Shown in pieces: positions 9,394-17,244 of a stretch of 20,000 nucleotides of DNA (positions within the stretch are counted from its first letter, which is position 1; each line of letters opens with the position of its first letter). The notes under the pieces are model-generated. The model was not told where the DNA came from and did no database searches. It was given only the letters and a program-made list of their open reading frames with translations. The DNA is from an uncultured virus (IMG/VR IMGVR_UViG_3300044616_001484) (lineage: Duplodnaviria; Heunggongvirae; Uroviricota; Caudoviricetes), in the IMG/VR virus record IMGVR_UViG_3300044616_001484. One strand, given 5' to 3'. Both the position numbers and the translations under genes were made by a program.

Positions 9394-9853
9394 TATAATA
9401 TCTACGATAGGCGACTACTGCGTTGCCATCTTTGTATTGATCGGGCATAGCTTGAGCAAACGGAGTAAGCTTACCTTTTTTGATATTTGCTGGAGGATTA
9501 TACAATCCATCCATAAGCATAGATTCCATTGCATGAACTTTGCCATACCTTGCAGTGTACTCTTTGCACAAAGCATATGCATGTTTCCAAAGCCACATGT
9601 AATTTGCACGACTTTCTCTCACCCAAATGGTGCATGGATGATTAATCATAGTTGCCTTGCAAATATCTTTCTTAGTGCAAACACTAGTCTTATATCTACG
9701 CTTACCAGTATCGACTTCAATCACATCACCGTCAAGAACATGATGTGCTGTCGAAAGCAACTGACAAGACTCTAGAATCATTTTGATAACATGCTTGTCA
9801 CACATCATCTGTGCAGAAACTTCAGGCTGCTGGTCCAAAACAAAAATATTCAT
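9293..9853 (-). CDS. Pyrimidine-dimer DNA glycosylase (DenV-related) family protein
   Basis: MNIFVLD...CDKHVIKMILE..QLLSTAH, NHPCTIW, QAMPDQY, AYRRYY motifs; ATGA-coupled to guaC. Confidence 0.8.
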   Translation of the reverse strand: MNIFVLDQQPEVSAQMMCDKHVIKMILESCQLLSTAHHVLDGDVIEVDTGKRRYKTSVCTKKDICKATMINHPCTIWVRESRANYMWLWKHAYALCKEYTARYGKVHAMESMLMDGLYNPPANIKKGKLTPFAQAMPDQYKDGNAVVAYRRYYINEKERFAKWKASSAPEWFLQRVAEVVEEELPF

Positions 9854-10884
9854 ATTTCGTGGTTCTCAAAAATGTTGTTAATAGTGCGATTGACTTTAAT
9901 CAGTTTACCATTCGAATATAGTTCAGGCAAGTTAAAACCACCAACATAAGAGCAAGCCGAGCGCAAACCACCAAAAATTTCTTGAATTGTATTTCGTACA
10001 GATCCGCGATATGGTACTTCAACTGTTCTTCCTTCCGATGCTCTATAATCGGAAAGCCCACCATTGTACTTTTCATTAGCAGTTTTGCTGCTCATGCCGT
10101 AGTGCAACATCCGGAGCTCTCCATGCTCACCGTGTCGTATTTCACCACCACACTCATCGTGACCGGCAAACATCCCTCCAGCCATAACAAAGGCTGAGCC
10201 AGCAACAAATGATTTTGCAAAATCTCCGGGATAAATTATTCCACCATCAGCAACGATCCCAATACCGAATGCTTCTGCGATCTGAGCACACTCTAGCACT
10301 GCTGATAGCTGAGGGTATCCGACTCCCGCAACTCGCCGGGTCAGGCACATCGACCCCGACCCGATTCCCACTTTTACGAGATCTACGCCAACCTGCGACA
10401 ATTCCTCTACCCCCTCTGGGGTCACGACATTCCCTGCAATCAAAATAGACTTCGGCCATTTTTCTCTAACCTTTCTTGTAAAATTATGAAACTCGGTCAT
10501 GTAGCCGTTTGCTACATCCACACAAACAAAAGTAGGATCGGCAATTATTGCCGTATCCACAAACAATTTACTATCGGAATCCATTCCAAGAGTAAGTGAA
10601 ACATATTTTTCTTTGTCGGGATAACTTGTTGCGAAGCTTGTATAATAATTTCCACCTTTGCGCAAGCAAGTTACAATCTTATACTCTGAGAGCACAAGAG
10701 CCATGTCATGGGTTCCAACTGTAGACATATTAGCTGCCATAACTGGAACACCTTTCCATGTTGTACCACATTTAAAAGTTTTTTCAACTTCAAGTGACAC
10801 TTCCTTTCTAGATTTTACGTTAGACTTTTGAGGTACTATGAGTACGTCAGAATAATCAAGCTTTGGCTCGTAGTTCACAATCAT
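9850..10884 (-). CDS. guaC: GMP reductase
   Basis: KLDYSDVLIVP, AANM, DVANGY, AGNVVT, KVGIGSGSMC, GVGYPQLSAV, ADGG, YGMSS, YRASEGRTV, GGLRSACSYVG. The start at 10884 matches known GuaC N-termini (alternative start 10890). Confidence 0.92.
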   Translation of the reverse strand: MIVNYEPKLDYSDVLIVPQKSNVKSRKEVSLEVEKTFKCGTTWKGVPVMAANMSTVGTHDMALVLSEYKIVTCLRKGGNYYTSFATSYPDKEKYVSLTLGMDSDSKLFVDTAIIADPTFVCVDVANGYMTEFHNFTRKVREKWPKSILIAGNVVTPEGVEELSQVGVDLVKVGIGSGSMCLTRRVAGVGYPQLSAVLECAQIAEAFGIGIVADGGIIYPGDFAKSFVAGSAFVMAGGMFAGHDECGGEIRHGEHGELRMLHYGMSSKTANEKYNGGLSDYRASEGRTVEVPYRGSVRNTIQEIFGGLRSACSYVGGFNLPELYSNGKLIKVNRTINNIFENHEI

Positions 10885-10891
10885 GTCCATA

Positions 10892-10919
10892 AAGATAACA
10901 TCCTATCAAGAATTGTCAA
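10892..10919 (-). promoter_or_regulatory. Sigma70-type promoter, probably giving leaderless guaC mRNA
   Basis: TTGACA-N16-TATCTT with TGn extension, then 7 nt to the ATG at 10884; no SD sequence. Confidence 0.55.
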
Positions 10920-11102
10920 TTATTTTTTATTGTGGTTTTCAATCTTCTCAATCGCATCTCTTAAACTCAACATTTTTTGCGCGAGTTCTTTAGACGTAAG
11001 TTTGTCCCGAAGATACTCTTCATATTTCGAAAGTATAATTTTCGCTTCTCGGAATAAGACAGCATGAAGATGATCAGTGCGTTTGGAATCATGGTCACTC
11101 AT
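10920..11102 (-). CDS. Small hypothetical protein
   Basis: 60-aa helical ORF filling the gap; ATAAATA on - at 11110-11116. Confidence 0.6.
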   Translation of the reverse strand: MSDHDSKRTDHLHAVLFREAKIILSKYEEYLRDKLTSKELAQKMLSLRDAIEKIENHNKK

Positions 11103-11112
11103 CTATATCTAT

Positions 11113-11688
11113 TTATTCAAGACCAATTGTGTCGTCTCGGATAAATTTAATGGTCTTAGCCATATAGAAAGATCTCCATCCTTGTTTATTTAGATCCCAT
11201 ATTCCTATTCTGTCGCCGGGAAGAGGAGAAAAGAAACTTACTCTGGTTCTCAATTCTTTTGTTGGAATGGAGGTTTTATCCAATGTTCCAGTTAAACGTT
11301 GGACATTGTTATCTTTATCAACAAATATTACAGTACATACACCGGACAAAGCTTCCATTATAAGTTGATCTGGTGAAATATGATCGGACTTATAAGAAAC
11401 TTCATCAGTAACTACAGTAACATCCATCATATAATGTATTGTTGGGTCAAATACGCTTAACGATGTATTTAATTTTTTCTGTGACAAAAAATTGTCATAC
11501 GAACCATAAACATTTGATATGTATTGCTTATACAATAAATCTTGTTTTTCTAGACTTTCGTATGTTGATTTTTGCAATTCAGATCCTTGATATTTGCCAC
11601 CATACTTTTTTTCAAAAGTAGAATCTTCAAGACCTTTGGCAATTTCTGCACTAAGTGCATCATTGAAATTTTTTTGTTCTTCTGCCAT
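11113..11688 (-). CDS. Protein with C-terminal WYL_2 (Sm-like SH3 beta-barrel) domain
   Basis: GVCTVIFVDKDNNVQRLTGTL...IWDLNKQGWRSF motif. Confidence 0.7.
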   Translation of the reverse strand: MAEEQKNFNDALSAEIAKGLEDSTFEKKYGGKYQGSELQKSTYESLEKQDLLYKQYISNVYGSYDNFLSQKKLNTSLSVFDPTIHYMMDVTVVTDEVSYKSDHISPDQLIMEALSGVCTVIFVDKDNNVQRLTGTLDKTSIPTKELRTRVSFFSPLPGDRIGIWDLNKQGWRSFYMAKTIKFIRDDTIGLE

Positions 11689-11933
11689 CAGAATTTGATC
11701 ATGAATATATCATGCCTTGTTTCTATTTCTTTATACTTTAAACCACTTTCCCAAACAATATCCATAAATTTTTGAGACATGAAAAGTGGCATTTTTATGT
11801 AAATATCAGAAAACGGAAGTTTTTTATCTTCTGTTATATCTGATATCAACTTTAAAAATTCTGTTTTATAATCTTTTAGATTTGAATTGATAACGTATGT
11901 TATTCCGTAAATGTTTTGAAATTTATGAATCAT
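11688..11933 (-). CDS. Hypothetical protein
   Basis: 81-aa ORF whose stop overlaps the next start (TGATG). Confidence 0.6.
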   Translation of the reverse strand: MIHKFQNIYGITYVINSNLKDYKTEFLKLISDITEDKKLPFSDIYIKMPLFMSQKFMDIVWESGLKYKEIETRHDIFMIKF

Positions 11934-11939
11934 TTACTA

Positions 11940-12134
11940 TTATCTGAAAGTATCTTGTTTTGGTACAAACCCAGATAAAAGGTGACTTCTTATATCTGCG
12001 GTTGGGGGTGTTCCTTGTTGCTGTGGAACCATAGGGACATCTCTATTGGCAAAAAGAAGTGGTGATGGTTTGTTTTTGTGCTTGTTGTGGACTGCGCGAA
12101 TTGCATCTTCAAGAGAATTATTTGATTTTTTCAT
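11940..12134 (-). CDS. Hypothetical protein (64 aa)
   Basis: Likely start MKKSNNSL at 12134, with GAGGA RBS and a late motif upstream. Confidence 0.55.
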   Translation of the reverse strand: MKKSNNSLEDAIRAVHNKHKNKPSPLLFANRDVPMVPQQQGTPPTADIRSHLLSGFVPKQDTFR

Positions 12135-12152
12135 TATTAAAATTTCCTCAAC

Positions 12153-12169
12153 ATAAATATTTATAAATA
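12153..12169. promoter_or_regulatory. Overlapping divergent late promoters
   Basis: ATAAATA 12153-12159 and TATAAATA 12162-12169 on +; ATAAATA on - at 12158-12164. Confidence 0.7.
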
Positions 12170-12174
12170 TTTTC

Positions 12175-13230
12175 ATGAATTACCTGACACAATACTATAA
12201 GAATATATGTGAAAACCTTCAAGCAAAAATTGAAATTATTGAAGCAAATCTTCGTTCCGCATCCGAAATTCAACAATTAGGAAATGAAGAATACCAAAAA
12301 GCTTTGGAAAAGAAAAAGATGGAACTTGGCCGAAGTCTGACTATGGATGAAATTTCTGACGTTGCCAGTGCAACCATAACCCCATACACCGCAAGAGCCT
12401 TAAAGAGAGAGGCATTGATTGCAAAAGCAACAGAACAACTTCCATCAGTAGCACAAACAGGCGATGTTGAAACTGCAACACAATTTGCAGACGTGATGGG
12501 GGATATCTCAAAGAGAAATATTTCTGGAAAGGTTGCCGGATTTGCAAATTTAGGGCCAGAGACTGCAAAAATACTTCAATCAGGTGTTGAAGATGTTGCC
12601 CAAGTGAGCAGAGGTCTTCGGTCCCGTGGCATGCAAACTTCAGTCCCTGCAGACATTGCCTCCTTGAGAAAATTTATTATGATGGGCAAAGGAAAGTACG
12701 AAGCTCCATACGCCCAACCAACAGAAACTACACCAGACTTTTTTGATGGTCCGGATATGGATACAAAGGGATCTGCAATGGAGGTTGGTGCGGCACAAAG
12801 AAGAAATCAATATAAAGGAAGTATAAAAGAAAGTATTCTTCAACAAAAAATATCTTTACTTGAAGAAAGAATAAAAAAGAAACCACAACATCTTCCTTTT
12901 GAAATTTTAGGTATAGACGCACCACTGGACTATGGTAAAAAAAATTTTGATCCAAGTATGATAGGAATTTATGGAAGACATGTTAGACCAGATGGAAGCA
13001 GAGGACCGGAAGTTAATATACCAGTACATGCCTTTGCCGACATGCACCATAATGATGTTATTGATCATGCCGAAGATTATATGAGAGGAAAAGGAAAAAC
13101 ATCTCCTGACAATCCTCTTTTTAAAGCTTTGACCGATGTTGGTGACAGTCCCATCACATTCAAAATCGATTCCAGCAAAATTGAATCAATTGAATCATAC
13201 AATAAAAGAGTAGAAGAAGAAGGACTATAA
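12175..13230 (+). CDS. MNYLT-leader family protein 1 (351 aa)
   Basis: Starts MNYLTQYYKNICENLQAKIEIIEA; late promoter directly upstream. Confidence 0.75.
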   Translation: MNYLTQYYKNICENLQAKIEIIEANLRSASEIQQLGNEEYQKALEKKKMELGRSLTMDEISDVASATITPYTARALKREALIAKATEQLPSVAQTGDVETATQFADVMGDISKRNISGKVAGFANLGPETAKILQSGVEDVAQVSRGLRSRGMQTSVPADIASLRKFIMMGKGKYEAPYAQPTETTPDFFDGPDMDTKGSAMEVGAAQRRNQYKGSIKESILQQKISLLEERIKKKPQHLPFEILGIDAPLDYGKKNFDPSMIGIYGRHVRPDGSRGPEVNIPVHAFADMHHNDVIDHAEDYMRGKGKTSPDNPLFKALTDVGDSPITFKIDSSKIESIESYNKRVEEEGL

Positions 13231-13607
13231 TGAACTACCTAACAAAATATTATAAAAATCTTTGTGAACAACTTCAACAAAAAATTAATATCCTTGAAGC
13301 CAATCTTGATACACCAGATGATATTCGTAGATATGAAAGAAATCCAAGATCAGAAAGAGCATTTAAGAGAGAAGATACTATAGAAGCCATTCGTGGTCTT
13401 TTAAACGATTCAAGTCCCAGAGTTCATAAAGATAAGGTTAAACGTGTTCTAAACGATGTTCTGGATCTAGATGGACCCCGTGCTTCACGGGAAGATTTAC
13501 AACATGTCATGGCTCATATCAGAGGAGATTATTATCTTGGTTCAGAAGACCCACAAGAACAAAAATTAGACGCAGCCAGACAAAGAACATTAGAAAGATA
13601 CACATAA
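13230..13607 (+). CDS. MNYLT-leader family protein 2 (125 aa)
   Basis: Starts MNYLTKYYKNLCEQLQQKINILEA; TAATG coupling to the previous gene. Confidence 0.75.
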   Translation: MNYLTKYYKNLCEQLQQKINILEANLDTPDDIRRYERNPRSERAFKREDTIEAIRGLLNDSSPRVHKDKVKRVLNDVLDLDGPRASREDLQHVMAHIRGDYYLGSEDPQEQKLDAARQRTLERYT

Positions 13608-13611
13608 TTTT

Positions 13612-14010
13612 ATGAACTACCTAACAAACTATTACAAAAATTTATCAGAGCAACTTCAAGATAGAGTCAACCACCTTCATAAACTTTTAAATGAAGAATC
13701 ACAACCTCATCATGAAAATCCGCACTTTCTTGATATAGTACAACACAATGCTAAAATGCATGCATTGGTCGGTGGTGGTGGTGAAGTGACCAAAGAACAT
13801 ATTGCTCAAGCACAAAAAATTATATCGGCAGCAGAGAAAGCAGGACACGTTGGTTTGACTGCAGATCGGTACGGTCAAGATGCCGGAAAAATTGGTTGGG
13901 TAGGAATGACTCCAACCGACTACTTTTCAGCAAATCCAGAAGAACCTCGTGAGATATTCACTCCTATAACACCTAGAACAACAGCGAGTATTTGGAATTC
14001 TTTAAAATAA
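13612..14010 (+). CDS. MNYLT-leader family protein 3 (132 aa)
   Basis: Starts MNYLTNYYKNLSEQLQDRVNHLHKLLNEE. Confidence 0.75.
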   Translation: MNYLTNYYKNLSEQLQDRVNHLHKLLNEESQPHHENPHFLDIVQHNAKMHALVGGGGEVTKEHIAQAQKIISAAEKAGHVGLTADRYGQDAGKIGWVGMTPTDYFSANPEEPREIFTPITPRTTASIWNSLK

Positions 14011-14073
14011 CAGGAAAACCTTTAAGCAACATCTAGAAAAAAGAATTAAAAATTTAAAAATTCAGATAAATAT

Positions 14074-14104
14074 GGGAGCCCACAAAAGGCTCCCTTATTT
14101 TTTT
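14074..14104 (+). terminator. Intrinsic terminator
   Basis: GGGAGCC-cacaaaa-GGCTCCC followed by TTATTTTTTT. Confidence 0.8.
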
Positions 14105-14137
14105 CGCTTCGCAGGTTTTTTGTGCTAGACTGACTAC

Positions 14138-14509
14138 ATGCCACTCTCATTATTCGAAGAAGACAACATTACACAGACTCCCCAAAAAACTTCAACCAAA
14201 ACGAAGAGAACCCGCCGAGTCAATGATGTAAAGAAAGTCTACAAGGCTATCCGGAGGCAGAGTAAGTGCATCGATTGTGGATGGAAGAGAATTCCAGCAG
14301 TATTAGAATTTCACCATCTGGAAGAGGGTGAGCGAGAACCGACTCGGACTCGTAGAAGCCGCACAGTCCAGCCACATACTCATAAAACCGTCGAAAAGAT
14401 GGAAGAGGAATTGACAAAGGGCGATTTTCTGTGCCCGACCTGCCACAAGTGCCGTCACTACAACGAGGAGCTGGATATCTTGGATACTGCGAATAAAAAT
14501 TTGAGATAA
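14138..14509 (+). CDS. HNH-like zinc-finger endonuclease
   Basis: CIDCG...LEFHH...EEL.K...LCPTCHKCRH motifs; TGc-TAGACT-N6-ATG upstream (14123-14140). Confidence 0.7.
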   Translation: MPLSLFEEDNITQTPQKTSTKTKRTRRVNDVKKVYKAIRRQSKCIDCGWKRIPAVLEFHHLEEGEREPTRTRRSRTVQPHTHKTVEKMEEELTKGDFLCPTCHKCRHYNEELDILDTANKNLR

Positions 14510-14520
14510 TAAATAATCTC

Positions 14521-15060
14521 ATGGACTATCTAACAAACTACTACAAAAATCTTTGCGAGCAACTTCAAGAAAAATTGAATATCTTGGAAGGTCAAAGAGA
14601 ATATTACCTTAAACATCTTGATGGCAGACGTGACAGAAGTAATGAATCAAATCCATTTGATTCTTTTTTTAAAAAATCAAAATTAAAACCTAAAATTAAT
14701 GGCACTATAGATACCGAGACCGACGATGATATCTTAGCAATGAGACAGACCGCAGCCGATCAAGGTGGCATTCCACAGGACATGGTGAACGAACCAATCC
14801 GCAGAACCAAACAACAACCAGACGGAAGATTAATCTACGGTGAAAGCAAGCCAAAGCCAAAAGCCAAACCAGATATTGGTTTACTAGTCAAACCAAAAAT
14901 GCCTCTTCCAGCTCCAAAAGAGGAGACAATGATTCCAACATCCTTGTATGGATTAAAAAAGGAACGGGATTTTAACAATACTCCCATGGGACTAATTCCA
15001 CAGACTCCAGAACAAAGAAGAAGATATGGAATGACACCATACGACAATACAAGATCTTAA
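14521..15060 (+). CDS. MNYLT-leader family protein 4 (179 aa)
   Basis: Starts MDYLTNYYKNLCEQLQEKLNILEG; ATAAATA at 14509-14515. Confidence 0.75.
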   Translation: MDYLTNYYKNLCEQLQEKLNILEGQREYYLKHLDGRRDRSNESNPFDSFFKKSKLKPKINGTIDTETDDDILAMRQTAADQGGIPQDMVNEPIRRTKQQPDGRLIYGESKPKPKAKPDIGLLVKPKMPLPAPKEETMIPTSLYGLKKERDFNNTPMGLIPQTPEQRRRYGMTPYDNTRS

Positions 15061-15084
15061 AAAATTCTAATAATTAAAATAAAC

Positions 15085-15113
15085 AAGAGGAGGCTCATTA
15101 AAAGCCTCCTCTT
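15085..15113. terminator. Probable bidirectional terminator
   Basis: AAGAGGAGGCT-cattaaa-AGCCTCCTCTT between convergent genes. Confidence 0.75.
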
Positions 15114-15147
15114 ATTGTTTATAGCCACTGTGTGGCGTTTCAGTGAA

Positions 15148-15270
15148 TCAACCGGCGCATTTGACCAATCCGACAATAGCTACCAACAGAACGATTCCTG
15201 TGATAACCCATTCAACCGGAGTAAAGTTTTGCAAAGTGTCTTTAATTTTTGTAACGATGTTTGTTAGCAT
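15148..15270 (-). CDS. 40-aa single-pass membrane protein (below the ORF-track cutoff)
   Basis: MLTNIVTKIKDTLQNFTPVEWVITGIVLLVAIVGLVKCAG; AAAGGA RBS and CTAAATA upstream. Confidence 0.65.
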   Translation of the reverse strand: MLTNIVTKIKDTLQNFTPVEWVITGIVLLVAIVGLVKCAG

Positions 15271-15342
15271 AAAAATTTTCCTTTAAACTATTTAGACCAT
15301 TTTACGCCCGGAAATTTTTAAGGGCATCCCATGTATTTCAAA

Positions 15343-15540
15343 AAGGGGACCCATTTTCTAGGAATCCTTGGACGGGACCACGGGGGGTACTAAAAGGGGA
15401 CCCAGAATATTCAAAGTTATTTGAGAAAATTTAAGAATTATTTGAGGGTGGGGTGGGCTAGCCCCGCCGGGTCCCACACACCCCGAAGGGGACCCAAATC
15501 ACTGTATGGACACCGATGCAAGGCCCTACCCCCCCCCCCC
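15343..15540. repeat. Non-coding junction with AAGGGGACCCA x3, TTATTTGAG x2 and a C12 tract
   Basis: AAGGGGACCCA at 15343, 15394 and 15486; inverted GGGTCCC at 15469; TTATTTGAG at 15417 and 15438; C12 at 15529-15540. Confidence 0.8.
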
Positions 15541-15576
15541 TAATAACTCAGAGGCCCCCGCAAGGGGGCCTCTGAG
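15541..15576 (-). terminator. Terminator hairpin for the leftward early genes
   Basis: CTCAGAGGCCCCC-gcaa-GGGGGCCTCTGAG 13-bp stem, followed by TTATTA on the minus strand. Confidence 0.7.
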
Positions 15577-15586
15577 GGGCTGGGGG

Positions 15587-15808
15587 TTAGCCCTCCGCAT
15601 GTTGCTCCCAGTAGGGGTCGTCGTCGCCTTCGTAGCCCATGGCGCGCTCATGCGCGTCCCATGCCATGTCTGCGCGCACATCGTCCACGCACATGACGCA
15701 CAGCGTACCGTGCTCGGTAGCGCGCACCGCGTCGTCCACGTGGTCCGCGCCGCAGACGCAGCAGCAGGGGCGAGAGGTTTCAGCCGGGTTGTTCTGAGTG
15801 GTGCTCAT
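15587..15808 (-). CDS. Small acidic zinc-ribbon-like protein (73 aa), leaderless
   Basis: Start MSTTQNN at 15808, defined by TATACT-N6-ATG; CCVC...CVMC motifs; acidic tail. Confidence 0.7.
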   Translation of the reverse strand: MSTTQNNPAETSRPCCCVCGADHVDDAVRATEHGTLCVMCVDDVRADMAWDAHERAMGYEGDDDPYWEQHAEG

Positions 15809-15814
15809 GCGTGT

Positions 15815-15848
15815 AGTATACCACAATCCCCCATCGATGTAAGTAAAC
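15815..15848 (-). promoter_or_regulatory. Early promoter P1
   Basis: GTTTA-CTTACA-N17-TATACT-N6-ATG on the minus strand. Confidence 0.75.
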
Positions 15849-15896
15849 ACCACCCAAAATTTTTGGGTGGTGTGGCTAAGGGTTAGGCGGTGGGCT

Positions 15897-16175
15897 TCAC
15901 ATCTCGCCCCATCCCGCACTCGCTAGCCAGTCGTTGTCGGCGTCCCAGTCCTCGCGGCTCATCCGGCTAGCCGCGTCGATGAACGCATCGTTGTCCGCCT
16001 CGCGGCTCGCCTCCTCAAGGGAGGGCTCCGCGTGTTCCCCTCCCCTGCGCGCCTCGCGCTCGCGCTCGCGCTCCTCCTCGCACATCGGGCACATCGAGTC
16101 CGTGTAGGCGTACTCGGGGCGGTGGCAGTCGCAGGGGAAGTGTTCGTGTTCGTGGTTGTGGGTGGTGTTGCACAT
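15897..16175 (-). CDS. Small acidic Cys/His-rich protein (92 aa), leaderless
   Basis: CDC...CPMC motifs, Glu/Asp-rich; TAGAAT-N6-ATG. Confidence 0.7.
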   Translation of the reverse strand: MCNTTHNHEHEHFPCDCHRPEYAYTDSMCPMCEEEREREREARRGGEHAEPSLEEASREADNDAFIDAASRMSREDWDADNDWLASAGWGEM

Positions 16176-16181
16176 GGCGGC

Positions 16182-16295
16182 ATTCTACCATACTCCCGCC
16201 TCCCCGGCAGCAATTGGGCACGGAAGTCTGGTGCGAAACTTCCTGAAATTTTTCCGTGCCCAATTGCTGCCGGGGAGGCATCGGCGTGGTACAAT
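16182..16295. promoter_or_regulatory. Back-to-back promoters P2 (-) and P3 (+) built on a perfect 28-bp inverted repeat
   Basis: Arms at 16198-16225 and 16252-16279. Each arm gives CAATTG-CTGCCG-N17 to TAGAAT (16182-16187, -) or TACAAT (16290-16295, +). Confidence 0.85.
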
Positions 16296-16301
16296 ACGCC
16301 C

Positions 16302-16676
16302 ATGACCACCACCAACTACACCGCGCCCGTCACCCTCATCCGCCTCCGTCACCCCGACCACCCGACCATCGTTGAGTTCGCCTTCACGCCCCGCTACATG
16401 AAGTGGACGATGCTGAAGTACAACCCCGGCAAGGGGCACACGGCATCGGACGCATGGCTACGCTACTGCGAGGATGACATGGTCAAGCCCTCGCGGTTCG
16501 ACAGCGTCAGCCACGGGGCGACCGACCTGTACTACGCCGACATCGAACGCATCGTCGGCCACCTCGCCCTGAACGGGTGGACCGTTGCGGAGAGCCGGAA
16601 GTACACCGGGCCGACCGGGTACTACGAGTGCAACGCTGCGAACGCAGCGGAGGCCGAAGACCTCGTCCTGTTCTGA
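16302..16676 (+). CDS. Hypothetical early protein (124 aa), leaderless
   Basis: Start MTTTNYT at 16302; GC-rich third codon positions. Confidence 0.75.
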   Translation: MTTTNYTAPVTLIRLRHPDHPTIVEFAFTPRYMKWTMLKYNPGKGHTASDAWLRYCEDDMVKPSRFDSVSHGATDLYYADIERIVGHLALNGWTVAESRKYTGPTGYYECNAANAAEAEDLVLF

Positions 16677-16684
16677 ACCCCACG

Positions 16685-16740
16685 GGGGGAGGGAAAATCT
16701 TTCCCTCCCCCTTGACACCTCGCACCACCTACGGTACAAT
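16685..16740 (+). promoter_or_regulatory. Stem-loop plus early promoter P4
   Basis: GGGGGAGGGAAA-atc-TTTCCCTCCCCC directly abuts TTGACA-N17-TACAAT-N6-ATG. Confidence 0.85.
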
Positions 16741-16746
16741 ACCGCC

Positions 16747-17034
16747 ATGAACCGCACCACCATCGCTGACCTCGTCCTCTCCGTCCGCCACCTGAACTCC
16801 GCTATGGGATTCTCCGATGACGCTGCCGCCGCCATCGGCGTGAACTCCGTCCCCGGCTCCTTCGTCCTGCAGGGAGCCTACGGAGGCTGGCAACTGCAGC
16901 GCATCCACCCATCCGGGGGCGTGACCTCCGTGACCTCGGGCTACCGCAGCAAGCGCGAACTGTGGGAACTGGTGAACGCGATCCGCTACGGCGTACTGGA
17001 GGGGACGGTACGCGTGACCGCGCCAACGATCTAA
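16747..17034 (+). CDS. Hypothetical early protein (95 aa), leaderless
   Basis: Start MNRTTIADL at 16747; contains a GAYGGWQL segment. Confidence 0.75.
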   Translation: MNRTTIADLVLSVRHLNSAMGFSDDAAAAIGVNSVPGSFVLQGAYGGWQLQRIHPSGGVTSVTSGYRSKRELWELVNAIRYGVLEGTVRVTAPTI

Positions 17035-17205
17035 CGAGGTGGTGCTCGTTTCAACCGAAGAGGATTCGTCCCTGCCCCGATTCGTTCGGGGCTAGGTTGT
17101 TTATAGGGGGGACTACTATCCGGCAGCAAAGCTGCCGGATTCCGAGCCTGATAGTAGCCCCCCCCCGGACAGCCCATAATATTATTTCTAATATTCGCGC
17201 CGCCA

Positions 17206-17238
17206 TTTACTGACGCGCCCGCCCCCGTCTGGTACAAT
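17206..17238 (+). promoter_or_regulatory. Early promoter P5
   Basis: TTTA-CTGACG-N17-TACAAT-N6-ATG. Confidence 0.8.
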
Positions 17239-17244
17239 GTACGC

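Noticed and set aside
12175..14590. Repeated 5' gene segments as a CRISPR array or DGR template/variable repeats
   Set aside because: The repeats are in-frame coding with synonymous variation, irregularly spaced and not adenine-specific; no RT or cas gene is present in the window.
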